Shown here piece by piece: positions 28,135-37,301 of a stretch of 64,000 bases of DNA (positions within the stretch are counted from its first letter, which is position 1; each line of letters opens with the position of its first letter). Origin of the DNA: Hyphomicrobiaceae bacterium (lineage in GTDB: Bacteria > Pseudomonadota > Alphaproteobacteria > Rhizobiales > Hyphomicrobiaceae); the NCBI GenBank assembly GCA_022844275.1, contig JALHMB010000012.1:13691-77690 (forward strand), given 5' to 3'. The notes beneath the pieces are model-generated. The model was not told where the DNA came from, did no database searches, and saw only the letters and a list, made by a program, of their open reading frames with translations. Position numbers and translations under genes: made by a program.

Positions 28135-29334
28135 TCACGACACGGCCGCCGCCGCGATCATGCCGACTGATAAAACCGCGCCGGCGAGCGGCACCCACCG
28201 CGGCACCGTGAAGATGTCATTGCCGGCCGGCTGGCGCGCGTGGATTCGCCAAAGCGCAATGTCCACGGCCGCAAAAATGCCGAGCGTCAACGCATTTGCC
28301 AGCGCAAGCAGATGCTCGAAAGGCATGAGCAGGGCCGTCACCAGAACGATACCGCCCGCCATAGCCGTAGCCTCGACCGGCGTTCGGGTGCGCTGGTTGA
28401 CGCGACCGAGTACGGCCGGCAGCTGCCGGCGTTGCGCCATGCCGTAGAACAACCGCGCCAGCATCATGATCTCGACCAGCACGCCATTGGCAACCGCCAA
28501 CGCGCCGACCGCGGCGAACAGGGTCGCATAAGGACCTTGAAACAGATCGAGCAGCGGGCTCTCGCCGCCGCGGCCGGCAAATATAAGGGATGCCGCAACC
28601 ACCACATACAGAATCGTGCTCACCAGGATCGCGCCGATAATGGCATAGGGCACCGTGCGGCGCGGATCCTTGGTCTCCTCGGCCATGTTGACCAAGCTTT
28701 CAAAGCCGATAAAGGCGAAGAACGCGATGAAGGCGCCGGCAACAACGCCCTGCCAGCCAGCAAGGTTCGACGGCAACATGGCCACGACATCGAAGCTCGG
28801 CGCCGCAAGAAATCCGGTCCAGGCGGCAATGAGGAGGCCCAAGATCTCAACCGTGCCGATCGCGGCGGCAAACATGGCGCTTTCACGCACGCCGGCGATG
28901 GCCAACAAAGTGAAGGCTATGACCAGGATCGCGATCAGGGCTGCCGGCGGCAGACGGATGAAGACGGAGAGATAATGGACGGCGCCGCTTGCAATTGAGG
29001 CGGCGGCGACCGCCACCGCAAGTGTCAGCGCCACGCCGATGATCTGTGCAGCGCGATCGGAGCCGAACCCCTCCTTGACGAAAGCCGCCGCGCCGGCAGC
29101 TTCCGGAAACCGGCTGGACAGTTCCGCGTAGCATAAGCCTGTTAGGCTCGCCGTGATGCCGGCGAGCAAGAAGGACAAAGGAGCGGCTGGACCGGCACGA
29201 CCAATGACAGAAGCGATCGCAACAAAGATGCCCGCGCCCACGATCACGGCGAGGCCGTACAACATCAGCGGCCCCAAGGTCAGCGAGCGCCGCAATCCGA
29301 CGTGCGCGGGTGTTTGATCAATGTCGATGGTCAT
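28135..29334 (-). CDS. APC-family amino acid permease, intact paralog
   Basis: 399 aa and multi-TM. It carries LMLYGLAVIVGAGIFVAIASVIG and FIGFESLVNMAEETKDPRRT. Confidence 0.9.
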   Translation of the reverse strand: MTIDIDQTPAHVGLRRSLTLGPLMLYGLAVIVGAGIFVAIASVIGRAGPAAPLSFLLAGITASLTGLCYAELSSRFPEAAGAAAFVKEGFGSDRAAQIIGVALTLAVAVAAASIASGAVHYLSVFIRLPPAALIAILVIAFTLLAIAGVRESAMFAAAIGTVEILGLLIAAWTGFLAAPSFDVVAMLPSNLAGWQGVVAGAFIAFFAFIGFESLVNMAEETKDPRRTVPYAIIGAILVSTILYVVVAASLIFAGRGGESPLLDLFQGPYATLFAAVGALAVANGVLVEIMMLARLFYGMAQRRQLPAVLGRVNQRTRTPVEATAMAGGIVLVTALLMPFEHLLALANALTLGIFAAVDIALWRIHARQPAGNDIFTVPRWVPLAGAVLSVGMIAAAAVS

Positions 29335-29918
29335 TCCAGCATCCTAAGCACTCACTCCGCGATTCGAATCTCGCGTAACGCGTGATTCTAACATGTCCAC
29401 TCTGACATCCGAAAGCGCCCCTGCCGTCGACAACTGCGATCCGATGGCGACTGTGTCAACAAGTTCGGGCCTTACGTGATTGGCGCTGTAACTCAGTGGG
29501 GCCGGGCAACGAAACCGCGCGAGGCCGAGACGACTTGAGCCGAATGGATGCGATCTGCGGTTCCAGAAGTTCCTGATGGAGATATACAAAGTTAAGCTGG
29601 ATGCGGCCGCGTGAGCATTATCTGTGTCCGATCATGAAGGGCGTCCCCTTCAGCGACATGGAGTCAGCTCTGATGATGGCCGACATCGCCCACGCCAAGA
29701 TCGCAAATGACAAGTAACGACGGCGACATCCCAGCCCGGCTAGTCGCGAGGCACGACGCGACCGCAATGCTTTTCATGCCAGGCGACAAAGGCCTTCACG
29801 TTGCGATTAAAGAAGCTTGAGGGCAAGAAGCCGTAGCTGTAGCTGCTGGCCTGCTCCCCTGAAGTGAGACCGAGGATGAGTTTCGAATCGGGCTATTTCC
29901 AATCTCTCGAATGGAGAC

Positions 29919-30203
29919 GTGGACACGGCACGAAAGGGACGATCGACCGAGGAGATCATCGCGGCTTTGCGTGAAGCGGAGGTGCGGATCGGGCAGGGCG
30001 AGACGGTGGGCAAGATCTGCCGGAGCCTCGGGATCTCGGAGCAGACTTACTACAAGTGGCGGCGCGAGTACGGCGGCCTGAAGCTCGATCAGGCGAAGCG
30101 GCTCAAGGAGCTGGAGCGGGAGAACGAGCGGTTGAGGAAGGCCGTCTCTGAACTCACGCTCGACAAGCTGATCCTGAAGGAAGCCCTCACGGGAAAATAC
30201 TGA
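29919..30203 (+). CDS. IS3-family transposase OrfA (copy 2)
   Basis: 94 aa with an HTH and leucine zipper: GKICRSLGISEQTYYKWRREYGG...LKELERENERLRKAVSELTLDKLILKEA. It has a GTG start; the two ATGs present in copy 1 are GTG and ACG here. Confidence 0.85.
   Translation: MDTARKGRSTEEIIAALREAEVRIGQGETVGKICRSLGISEQTYYKWRREYGGLKLDQAKRLKELERENERLRKAVSELTLDKLILKEALTGKY
30191..30197 (+). other. Programmed -1 ribosomal frameshift heptamer G_GGA_AAA (X XXY YYZ)
   Basis: orfA reads ACG GGA AAA TAC TGA. The -1 frame reads GGG AAA ATA CTG and continues open as LSPSRKRACVDHV...VSERRACAVVGQSRATQRR into OrfB. Confidence 0.5.
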
Positions 30204-30319
30204 GCCCTTCTCGGAAGCGAGCGTGCGTTGATCACGTACGCTCGCATCTTCCCGTATCGGAGCGGCGTGCGTGTGCGGTCGTCGGACAGTCGAGGGCCAC
30301 GCAACGTCGAACGCCGAAG

Positions 30320-31099
30320 GTGCGCGATGACGAGGCAGCGTTGACCGATGGGATCGTTCGGCTTGCCAAGCAGTACGGTCGCTACGGCTATCGGCGCATC
30401 CGCGAGATGCTCATTGCCGAAGGCTGGCGCGTCAGCGTCAAGCGCGTCTATCGCATCTGGCGCCGGGAAGGGCTGAAAGTCCCAAAGAAACAGCCGAAAC
30501 GCGGCCGCCTCTGGCTCAACGACGGATCATGCATCCGCCTCAGACCGGAGCGACCTAACCATGTCTGGAGCTACGACTTTGTGCAGGATCAGACCGAGGA
30601 CAAGCGGCCATTCAGGATGCTCACCGTGATCGACGAATACACGCGGCGCTGCCTGGCGATCGTCGTGGCGCGACGGCTGCGATCGGACGATGTCCTCCAT
30701 TGCCTGACCGATCTGATGAGCCGGCAAGGCCCACCGGAGCACATTCGTTCAGACAATGGGCCGGAGTTCGTCGCCAAGCGCGTGCGCGGATGGCTCGGGC
30801 GGATCGGCGTCAAGACGCTCTACATCGAGCCCGGATCGCCATGGGAGAACGGCTACTGCGAGAGCTTCAATTCCAAGCTCCGCGATGAGCTGCTGGAGGG
30901 AGAGCAATTCTCGACGCTCTACGAAGCCCAGGTTCTGATCGAGCGATGGCGCCAGCACTACAATGCCGTCAGGCCGCACTCGTCGCTCGGCTATCGACCA
31001 CCGGCCCCGGAGACGATCTTGCCGCCAGCATCCGATCTCGCCTACGCTGCGCTCCGGCCAGACCAGATGCTGGCCAATGGCGGCCCGGCTATAACTTAA
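30320..31099 (+). CDS. IS3-family transposase OrfB (copy 2); its frame is open upstream to the frameshift site at about 30194
   Basis: The ORF in the track is 259 aa. It carries the rve motifs described for copy 1. Confidence 0.85.
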   Translation: MRDDEAALTDGIVRLAKQYGRYGYRRIREMLIAEGWRVSVKRVYRIWRREGLKVPKKQPKRGRLWLNDGSCIRLRPERPNHVWSYDFVQDQTEDKRPFRMLTVIDEYTRRCLAIVVARRLRSDDVLHCLTDLMSRQGPPEHIRSDNGPEFVAKRVRGWLGRIGVKTLYIEPGSPWENGYCESFNSKLRDELLEGEQFSTLYEAQVLIERWRQHYNAVRPHSSLGYRPPAPETILPPASDLAYAALRPDQMLANGGPAIT

Positions 31100-31266
31100 T
31101 TCCTGGTATCGCGACCAGGGGCAGGCCAGTTCTGCGGCATTCCTGGCGAATCACTGTTGATCATGGCCCAGTCCTCGCGAAAAGAGGAACACCTCTGATC
31201 ATCTCTGCTCAATCAACAGGGAGCGAAGTCGATGTCAGGACAGCTCTTAGAAGTTTCACTCATCAC

Positions 31267-31280
31267 TTGTTTATGATCAA
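31267..31280. promoter_or_regulatory. Near-consensus FixK/FNR-type box
   Basis: TTGTTTATGATCAA has one mismatch to TTGAT-N4-ATCAA. It lies about 66 nt upstream of the usp start. Confidence 0.4.
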
Positions 31281-31346
31281 CCCATGCTTCTGAAGATGAT
31301 GGATCGATTATAATGGACCCGCTGGAGCGGGCGGGAGGCAGTAGCC

Positions 31347-31802
31347 GTGAATCATATCCTCATTGCCACCGACGGCTCGAAGCTGGCCGGAAAGGCTGTG
31401 GCGGAAGGCATTCAGCTTGCTCGTGAGCTAGGCTCCCACATCACGTTTCTGACCGTGACTTTGCCCTTTGCAAGCCTCGGTGATCAGCACGCCGCATTCG
31501 CGAAATTGCCCAAGACCGTCCGTCGTCAGACGCTCGATTATCTGGATGCAGAGGCTGACCAGACGTTGTCGGACGCCCTGTCAGCGGCCAAAACGGCGGG
31601 AGTGAGCGCCATAGCATTGAAGGTGGAGAACCGGCAGCCGCACGAGGCGATCATTGCCAGCGCCGAGGCGAGCGACGCGGATATGATCGTGATGGCGTCT
31701 CATGGGCGCAGCGGCATAAAAGCGATGCTGCTTGGGAGCGTTACCCAGAAGGTATTGACCCATTCGAAATTGCCGGTGCTGGTGTGCCGCAGCGCCGATT
31801 GA
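31347..31802 (+). CDS. Universal stress protein (UspA family)
   Basis: It carries ILIATDGSKLAGKAV and the ATP-binding tail IVMASHGRSGIKAMLLGSVTQKVLTHSKLPVLVCR. Confidence 0.9.
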   Translation: MNHILIATDGSKLAGKAVAEGIQLARELGSHITFLTVTLPFASLGDQHAAFAKLPKTVRRQTLDYLDAEADQTLSDALSAAKTAGVSAIALKVENRQPHEAIIASAEASDADMIVMASHGRSGIKAMLLGSVTQKVLTHSKLPVLVCRSAD

Positions 31803-31857
31803 AGAAGCCGCTCAGCCTTCGATTTCGATCACACTGCACCCGACGAGCACAACGGGA

Positions 31858-32331
31858 CTAAGCGCCGAGGTCGTGAACACCCACGACGTCAGAGCTGTGG
31901 GCCAGGAGACTCTGGCAGGCACGCCGCTCGTCGTCGGCATCCGCCAATCTGATCCAAAGCAGGATCTTGCCTGCGCAGATCGCGTTCACAAGTTGCGTTG
32001 CATGCCGCAAAATAAGCCAATGTCCCAGAGCGTCTTTGAGGCTGGTAGCGCCTGTCCGGAACCTGTGCATCAGGCAATCCGCTAGAGGTCCACTGGTGCA
32101 AGCGACCGTCTCTGTCCCATCCGTAACCGGCAGCTGACAGAGGGAGACGACTTCTTGGGCTGGCGCCAATATAATCGTGCCGTCAAACAGCCTTTCCAGT
32201 GCCAGGCAATTCAAGCTGTCGAGCACGAGGCCGCGCGACCTGGCGTCACGAAGAACCGCCCGCAACCGCGACCAATCATCGAAGGCGCCGACGGCGTAAC
32301 GGCTGGAGTTTGTGGCCAATGCAGTTCCCAT
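31858..32331 (-). CDS. Hypothetical protein
   Basis: 157-aa ORF with plausible codon bias, lying downstream of the hybrid kinase on the same strand. I recognise no motif. Confidence 0.45.
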   Translation of the reverse strand: MGTALATNSSRYAVGAFDDWSRLRAVLRDARSRGLVLDSLNCLALERLFDGTIILAPAQEVVSLCQLPVTDGTETVACTSGPLADCLMHRFRTGATSLKDALGHWLILRHATQLVNAICAGKILLWIRLADADDERRACQSLLAHSSDVVGVHDLGA

Positions 32332-32507
32332 AGAAAAGTAGTCTCAAGTAGACGGCAATACGTATCTCGGATCACAGGGATGGTGATTGATACGCATCAA
32401 GCCTGCGCATGGAGCAGCGGTCCGCACGCTCTCCCTGTTCCACATGGAAGGACGGATGGCCCGGCCCTTAGTGGGCACAGGAAGCGAACCGACAATGCTC
32501 AGACTAA

Positions 32508-34088
32508 TCAGGCGGCAGACTTCGCCGTAAGAACGTCGCGCAGGGCTGCGACGAGATCCGCCTGATGATAGGGCTTGCGCAGTACCTTGAGTTGCTCGCG
32601 CTGCAGATCATCGCCGTGAACCAACTCCTCGGCATATCCGGATGTGAGCAACACCTTGATGCCGGGTTTCAACTGGCGGGCACGGGCCGCGACCTCCCGA
32701 CCTGACATGCCGCCGGGCATGATGAGGTCGGTGAAGACAAGATCAACCAATAGCGTTTTGGACAGGAGGTCGAGCGCTTTTGGACCGTCGCTGGCTTCGA
32801 GGACCTGATATCCAATCAGCTTGAGGCGAGTGATGGTGAGGCGGCGTACGCGATCGTCATCCTCGACGACGAGGATGATCTCGCGGGCATGGGGATCGAT
32901 CCGGCCTTTGGGTTGGGGAGAAGCTTCGGGCGCGACGCCGTCGACGCGGGGGAAATAGATGTTGATAGAGGTGCCGTGCCCAGGCTCGCTATAGATCGTG
33001 ACATGACCTCCGGATTGTTTGACGAATCCATACACCATCGCCAACCCCAGTCCGGTGCCGCGACCCATTTCCTTGGTGGTGAAGAACGGTTCGAAGACTC
33101 GGTCGCGAATCTCGGGTGACATGCCCGAACCGGTATCCGAGATCGACAGCTGCACGTATTCGCCGGGCGTGAGCTCGGTGTGGAAATCGGCGTGACCTCC
33201 GTCGAGGACGATATTGCGGGTCTCAATGACAAGCTTGCCGCCCTGGCCCATGGCGTCGCGCCCATTGACCGCCATGTTGACGATCGCGCTCTGGAACTGG
33301 CCCGGATCGACCAGGATTGGCCAAGCGCTTGGGTCAAGCGCGGTCGATAGCGAGATGTGCTCACCGAGCGTCCGTCGCAGCATGTCGGCAATACCGACCA
33401 CCTGTTCGTTGAGATGGATCACTTGAGTGTCCATGTAGCGGCGTCGGGCAAAGGTCAGCAGCTGATCCGTCAGCTTCGATCCGAGCACCGCTGCGTCGTG
33501 TGCTTCCTTGAGCAATACTTTCTGATCTTCGCGGTCGAGCCGCTGTTCGAGGAGCTCGTGGTTGCCGGTGATCACGAGGAGCAGGTTGTTGAAGTCGTGC
33601 GCGATGCCGCCGGTCAGCTGCCCGACAGCCTCCATTTTCTGGGCCTGGGCCAGACGCCGTTCGCTCTCCCTGAGTGCTTCCTCGACATGCCTGCGATCGC
33701 TGAGATCATGGATCATGCCGGTGAAATAGCGCCGGCCATCGGCCTCGAACTCGCTGACGGACAGATGCAGCGGGAAGGTGGTGCCGTCCCTGCGGCGGCC
33801 GCTCACCTCGCGGCCAATACCGATGATCTTCTTGACGCTGGTCGTTTGATAATTGGTGATGTAGCCATCATGCTGCGCCTTGTAGGGCTCCGGCATGAGG
33901 ACCTTGACGTTCTGGCCGATGAGTTCCGCCGGATCGTAGGCAAACAGGCGTTCGGTCGCCGGGTTGATATTCTCGATGAGCCCGCGATCGTCGATGGTGA
34001 TGATGGCGGTGACCGCCGATTCCAGGATGCTCCGCAACTTGGCAGCTTGGGCTTCCGCCGAAGGCGGCGGACGAGGAGTGGGCAACAT
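32508..34088 (-). CDS. PAS-domain hybrid sensor histidine kinase / response regulator
   Basis: It has a PAS domain (ITIDDRGLIENINPATERLFAY) and an H-box GGIAHDFNNLL. The HATPase domain carries DTGSGM and GTGLGLAMV. The C-terminal REC domain carries ILVVEDDD and DLVFTDLIMPGGMSG. Confidence 0.9.
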   Translation of the reverse strand: MLPTPRPPPSAEAQAAKLRSILESAVTAIITIDDRGLIENINPATERLFAYDPAELIGQNVKVLMPEPYKAQHDGYITNYQTTSVKKIIGIGREVSGRRRDGTTFPLHLSVSEFEADGRRYFTGMIHDLSDRRHVEEALRESERRLAQAQKMEAVGQLTGGIAHDFNNLLLVITGNHELLEQRLDREDQKVLLKEAHDAAVLGSKLTDQLLTFARRRYMDTQVIHLNEQVVGIADMLRRTLGEHISLSTALDPSAWPILVDPGQFQSAIVNMAVNGRDAMGQGGKLVIETRNIVLDGGHADFHTELTPGEYVQLSISDTGSGMSPEIRDRVFEPFFTTKEMGRGTGLGLAMVYGFVKQSGGHVTIYSEPGHGTSINIYFPRVDGVAPEASPQPKGRIDPHAREIILVVEDDDRVRRLTITRLKLIGYQVLEASDGPKALDLLSKTLLVDLVFTDLIMPGGMSGREVAARARQLKPGIKVLLTSGYAEELVHGDDLQREQLKVLRKPYHQADLVAALRDVLTAKSAA

Positions 34089-34555
34089 GATGCGCTCCCT
34101 TCAGGCCAATTCAGTAGCGTTGGTTTGTACGCTATCATACAGGAGGTGTGATCCGGGCATCTAAAATCTCAGCTGATGCTTATCGATCGCACATTGGCCG
34201 ACCACACTGATAAGCGCGGTGGATGGACCCACCGCCGTCCGTCAGTGCCTCTGTTTGTCACCGATGGGATTCGCTACGACATTGCTCCTAGCGGCTCGCC
34301 GCAATGAGATTGCGAAAGGGTCAGCAGGATCGTCGACGCTATGGCGGACCTGGAGTTGATCAAGACTATCAACTGAAGCTTCGTTTCGCATGCCGTCACA
34401 ACCAGTGAGCCTTACACCGAGCTCGAGTTGATAGGGCTGCGAAACGCCGTCGAGATTAACGGCTTGTTCCTCTGGGCGCATCGAGTACGATGGTTCGGCG
34501 AGGCGGTTCTGAACGGAATGAGCTTGTTTGGAGCATCGGACTATTGGAGGCGAGA

Positions 34556-35248
34556 ATGCGCGCATCTGACGTTATGACACTAGGTGCGGCCAGTATACGA
34601 TCTACGGCGCCAATCGAAGAAGCGGCACGCCTGATGGTCGGCTGCCGCATCAGCGGGCTACCGGTGGTAGACGAGAACGGAACTCTCGTCGGCATGGTTA
34701 CGGAGCGGGACCTTCTGCGTCCGAGAGACGGGGCGTCCAGTCAGGATCGCCCGCAATGGCTCGAGTTTTTGCTCGGTTCGAAGGGCTGGGACGAGCGAGC
34801 CGGATCGGGGCAACTCTTGTCTGTCGGCGACGTGATGACTTCCGATGTCATCGTCGCGAGCGAGGACACATCGATTGTCGAGATTGCCGACATGATGGAG
34901 AGGCGTGGCGTCAAGCGAATTCCCGTCGTCAAGGATGGAAAGGTAAAAGGGATCGTCAGCCGCGCCGACCTCCTCCGCGGACTTGCTCGGCAAGCAGAGG
35001 AGATGCCTTCGGCGAGTGTAGAAGATCGTGAATTGCGCCAACGTGTCATCCGTGCGCTGTCGCAGGAGGCGCAGACCGGCTGGCGTTCAATGAACGTCGC
35101 GGTGCGTGGCGGATCGGTCGTGTTGCGCGGTGCGCTGACGGACAAGGATGTCGCCGCTCGGCTAATTTCAGCAGCGCGTGGCGTAGCGGGCGTCAAGCAG
35201 GTAGAAGACCGCCTGATCGTTATTGGATCGTCGTCGGCACGAACGTAG
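34556..35248 (+). CDS. CBS-pair plus BON domain protein
   Basis: GGAGG lies upstream of the ATG at 34556. It has two CBS motifs (GLPVVDENGTLVGMVTERDLL; RIPVVKDGKVKGIVSRADLL) and a BON-like tail VAVRGGSVVLRGALTDKDVAARLISAARGVAGVKQVEDRL. Confidence 0.85.
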   Translation: MRASDVMTLGAASIRSTAPIEEAARLMVGCRISGLPVVDENGTLVGMVTERDLLRPRDGASSQDRPQWLEFLLGSKGWDERAGSGQLLSVGDVMTSDVIVASEDTSIVEIADMMERRGVKRIPVVKDGKVKGIVSRADLLRGLARQAEEMPSASVEDRELRQRVIRALSQEAQTGWRSMNVAVRGGSVVLRGALTDKDVAARLISAARGVAGVKQVEDRLIVIGSSSART

Positions 35249-35288
35249 CGGTCACTGCGCTCCCATCACTTACAACCCCCGGAGGTCA

Positions 35289-36263
35289 ATGGAGGCTAGG
35301 GTCTCGATGCTCAGAAACCTGGCCCTTGTTGGTGACATCGGTGCGACCAACACCCGGCTTGCGATGGTCCGCTCCGACGGCACCATCAGCGCGCCTCGCA
35401 TGTATGATTCACAAGCGGATACGGATATCGCGAACGCCATTCTTAGCTATTTGGCGCAGGAGTGTCGGACCGCAAAGCCTTATGTCGGGGTGCTGGCCAT
35501 TGCCGCCGTTGTATCCGGTAATGAAGTGCGAATGACCAACCATCCTTGGCATTTCTTGATTGAGGACTTGCGGATACGTCTCGGTTTACGCGAACTTCAC
35601 ATCATCAACGATTTTGCTGCCAACGCTCTCGCCATATCGGAGCTTGGTTCGAGAGATATGGTCCAGGTCGGCTCTGGATCGGGCGTCATCGACGCGCCCA
35701 TCGGCGTGGTTGGCCCCGGCACAGGTTTGGGCATGAGTGCATTTCTTCACTCAGAGGGCGGTGTCGTACTGCTCGAGAGCGAGGGCGGTCATGTCACCAT
35801 GCCGGCGGCGACATCGCGCGAAGCGGAAGTTTTGGATCTCATGCGTCGTCGTTATGATCATGTTTCCGCCGAGCGGGTGCTCTCAGGGCAAGGCCTCGTC
35901 AGTTTGTACGAAGCCCTTTGCGAGCTCGAGAACATATCATCGGCTTCATTCACACCGGCGCAGATCACAGACGGACACATTTGGCAGGAGGACCCACGGG
36001 CGCAGGAGGCGACCGGCATGTTTTGCGCAATGCTGGGTACAGTTGCGGGAAACCTCGCCCTCACACTTGGTGCGCGCGGCGGCGTCTATATTGCCGGAGG
36101 GATTGTTCCGAAGCTCGGCCGGACGTTCTTTGATTCTGAGTTCCGCACGCGCTTCCAAGCGAAGGGGCGATTTCTAAACTATCTAAAGGCCATTCCGACT
36201 TACGTCATCACGCGGCCGGTGCCAGCGCTGTTGGGGGCGGCGAAGTACCTACGGCAATTATGA
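35289..36263 (+). CDS. glk: Glucokinase
   Basis: It carries LVGDIGATNTRLAMV, VVGPGTGLG, a LESEGGH-type segment and YIAGGIVPKL. GGAGG lies just upstream of the ATG at 35289. Confidence 0.85.
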   Translation: MEARVSMLRNLALVGDIGATNTRLAMVRSDGTISAPRMYDSQADTDIANAILSYLAQECRTAKPYVGVLAIAAVVSGNEVRMTNHPWHFLIEDLRIRLGLRELHIINDFAANALAISELGSRDMVQVGSGSGVIDAPIGVVGPGTGLGMSAFLHSEGGVVLLESEGGHVTMPAATSREAEVLDLMRRRYDHVSAERVLSGQGLVSLYEALCELENISSASFTPAQITDGHIWQEDPRAQEATGMFCAMLGTVAGNLALTLGARGGVYIAGGIVPKLGRTFFDSEFRTRFQAKGRFLNYLKAIPTYVITRPVPALLGAAKYLRQL

Positions 36264-36296
36264 TGTTGTCGAGACCTGCAAAATGAAGGCTTGTGC

Positions 36297-37235
36297 ATGT
36301 CATCCGTTGTGACGCTGACGATCAATCCCGCGCTCGACTTGTCGACATCGGTGGCATCGGTCACGCCTGTCCACAAGTTGCGCTGCGCTGCAGAGCAGTA
36401 CGACCCGGGTGGCGGTGGCATAAATGTAGCCCGTGCTATCCGACGGATGGGGGGCGACGTCACAGCCGTTTATCCGAACGGCGGGCCGACGGGGGAGCTT
36501 CTTCATCGGCTCGTCGGCAAGGAGGGCATCCAGAGTGTGACCGTTCAGGTGGTCAACGACACGCGTATGAGCTTCACGGTTCTCGAAAAGAAAACGGGCG
36601 ACGAGTATCGGTTTGTCCTGCCGGGACCTTCGCTCGCGGAAGAGGAATGGCGAGAGTGTATCGAGGTGCTCCAACGCCTGCCGGAGCCGCCAGACTGTCT
36701 GGTCATGAGTGGGAGCTTGGCGCCAGATGTGCCTGATGACTTCTATGCCCAAGTTGGACGAACGGCCAGGCAATGGGGTGGAAAAGTCGTGCTCGACTCG
36801 TCGGGGCCGGCGTTGGCAGCTGGCCTCGCGGAAGGCGTGTACCTCATCAAGCCCAATCTGCGCGAGCTTCGCGAGTTGACGGAACAGTCGCTCGACACCG
36901 AGATGTCCTGGGTCGCCGCGTGTCGTCGCCTTATCGAGACTGGACGCGCAGAGGTCATCGCACTGTCAGTCGGAGACCAGGGGGCACTACTGGTCACACA
37001 CGACATGGCCCTGCGCGCACGTCCCCTCTCGATCAGACCCGTGAGCAGCGTAGGCGCCGGCGATAGCTTCTTAGGCGCGATGGTCTGGGCCATCGCATCC
37101 GGCCGCAACATTGCAGAGGCATTCCGCTACGGCGTGGCGGCCGGCTCAGCCGCGCTCTTAACTCCGGGCACCGAACTGTGTCGGTTCGAGGATGTGAGTG
37201 ACCTCCATGGTCAAGTGGTGATTCACGCGGTTTGA
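36297..37235 (+). CDS. PfkB-family sugar(-phosphate) kinase (1-phosphofructokinase / 6-phosphofructokinase-II like)
   Basis: It carries VVTLTINPALD, DPGGGGINVARAI and GAGDSFLGAMV. Confidence 0.8.
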   Translation: MSSVVTLTINPALDLSTSVASVTPVHKLRCAAEQYDPGGGGINVARAIRRMGGDVTAVYPNGGPTGELLHRLVGKEGIQSVTVQVVNDTRMSFTVLEKKTGDEYRFVLPGPSLAEEEWRECIEVLQRLPEPPDCLVMSGSLAPDVPDDFYAQVGRTARQWGGKVVLDSSGPALAAGLAEGVYLIKPNLRELRELTEQSLDTEMSWVAACRRLIETGRAEVIALSVGDQGALLVTHDMALRARPLSIRPVSSVGAGDSFLGAMVWAIASGRNIAEAFRYGVAAGSAALLTPGTELCRFEDVSDLHGQVVIHAV

Positions 37236-37301
37236 TCTTCAACTGCTGGCCGGCAAAGTTCCCGCTATCAGCAGCGGGAGTTACACGAGCGAGGAAACGC
37301 A

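Larger units (their letters stand above)
29847..31128 (+). mobile_element. IS3-family element, copy 2 (1282 bp), inverted relative to copy 1
   Basis: The ends are TGGCCTGCTCCCCTGAAG ... CCAGGGGCAGGCCA, which are imperfect inverted repeats. It has orfA/orfB with a -1 frameshift heptamer. No flanking direct repeat is detectable. Confidence 0.9.

Noticed and set aside
29358-29375. CGCGATTCGAATCTCGCG, containing GATTCGAATC. It looked like a tRNA T-arm (TTCGAAT loop) and hence a possible tRNA remnant or integration site next to the IS3 copy.
   Set aside because: The stem/loop geometry is wrong: the loop would be 8 nt. There is no acceptor stem, CCA context or anticodon arm on either strand. It is more likely a short palindromic operator 24-41 nt upstream of the permease start, which is unproven.
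17196-31131. A search for target-site duplications around the IS3 copies. I also tested whether recombination between the inverted copies, which would invert 19794..29846, would restore them.
   Set aside because: The flanks are GCC / AGT for copy 1 and TGC / GTT for copy 2. No 3-4 bp repeat matches in either the direct or the inversion-corrected pairing, so no inversion claim is made.
34356-34372. TTGATCAAGACTATCAA in the kinase / CBS-BON divergent region, considered as a FixK/FNR box.
   Set aside because: The half-sites are separated by 7 nt instead of 4, so it does not fit the 14-mer operator.
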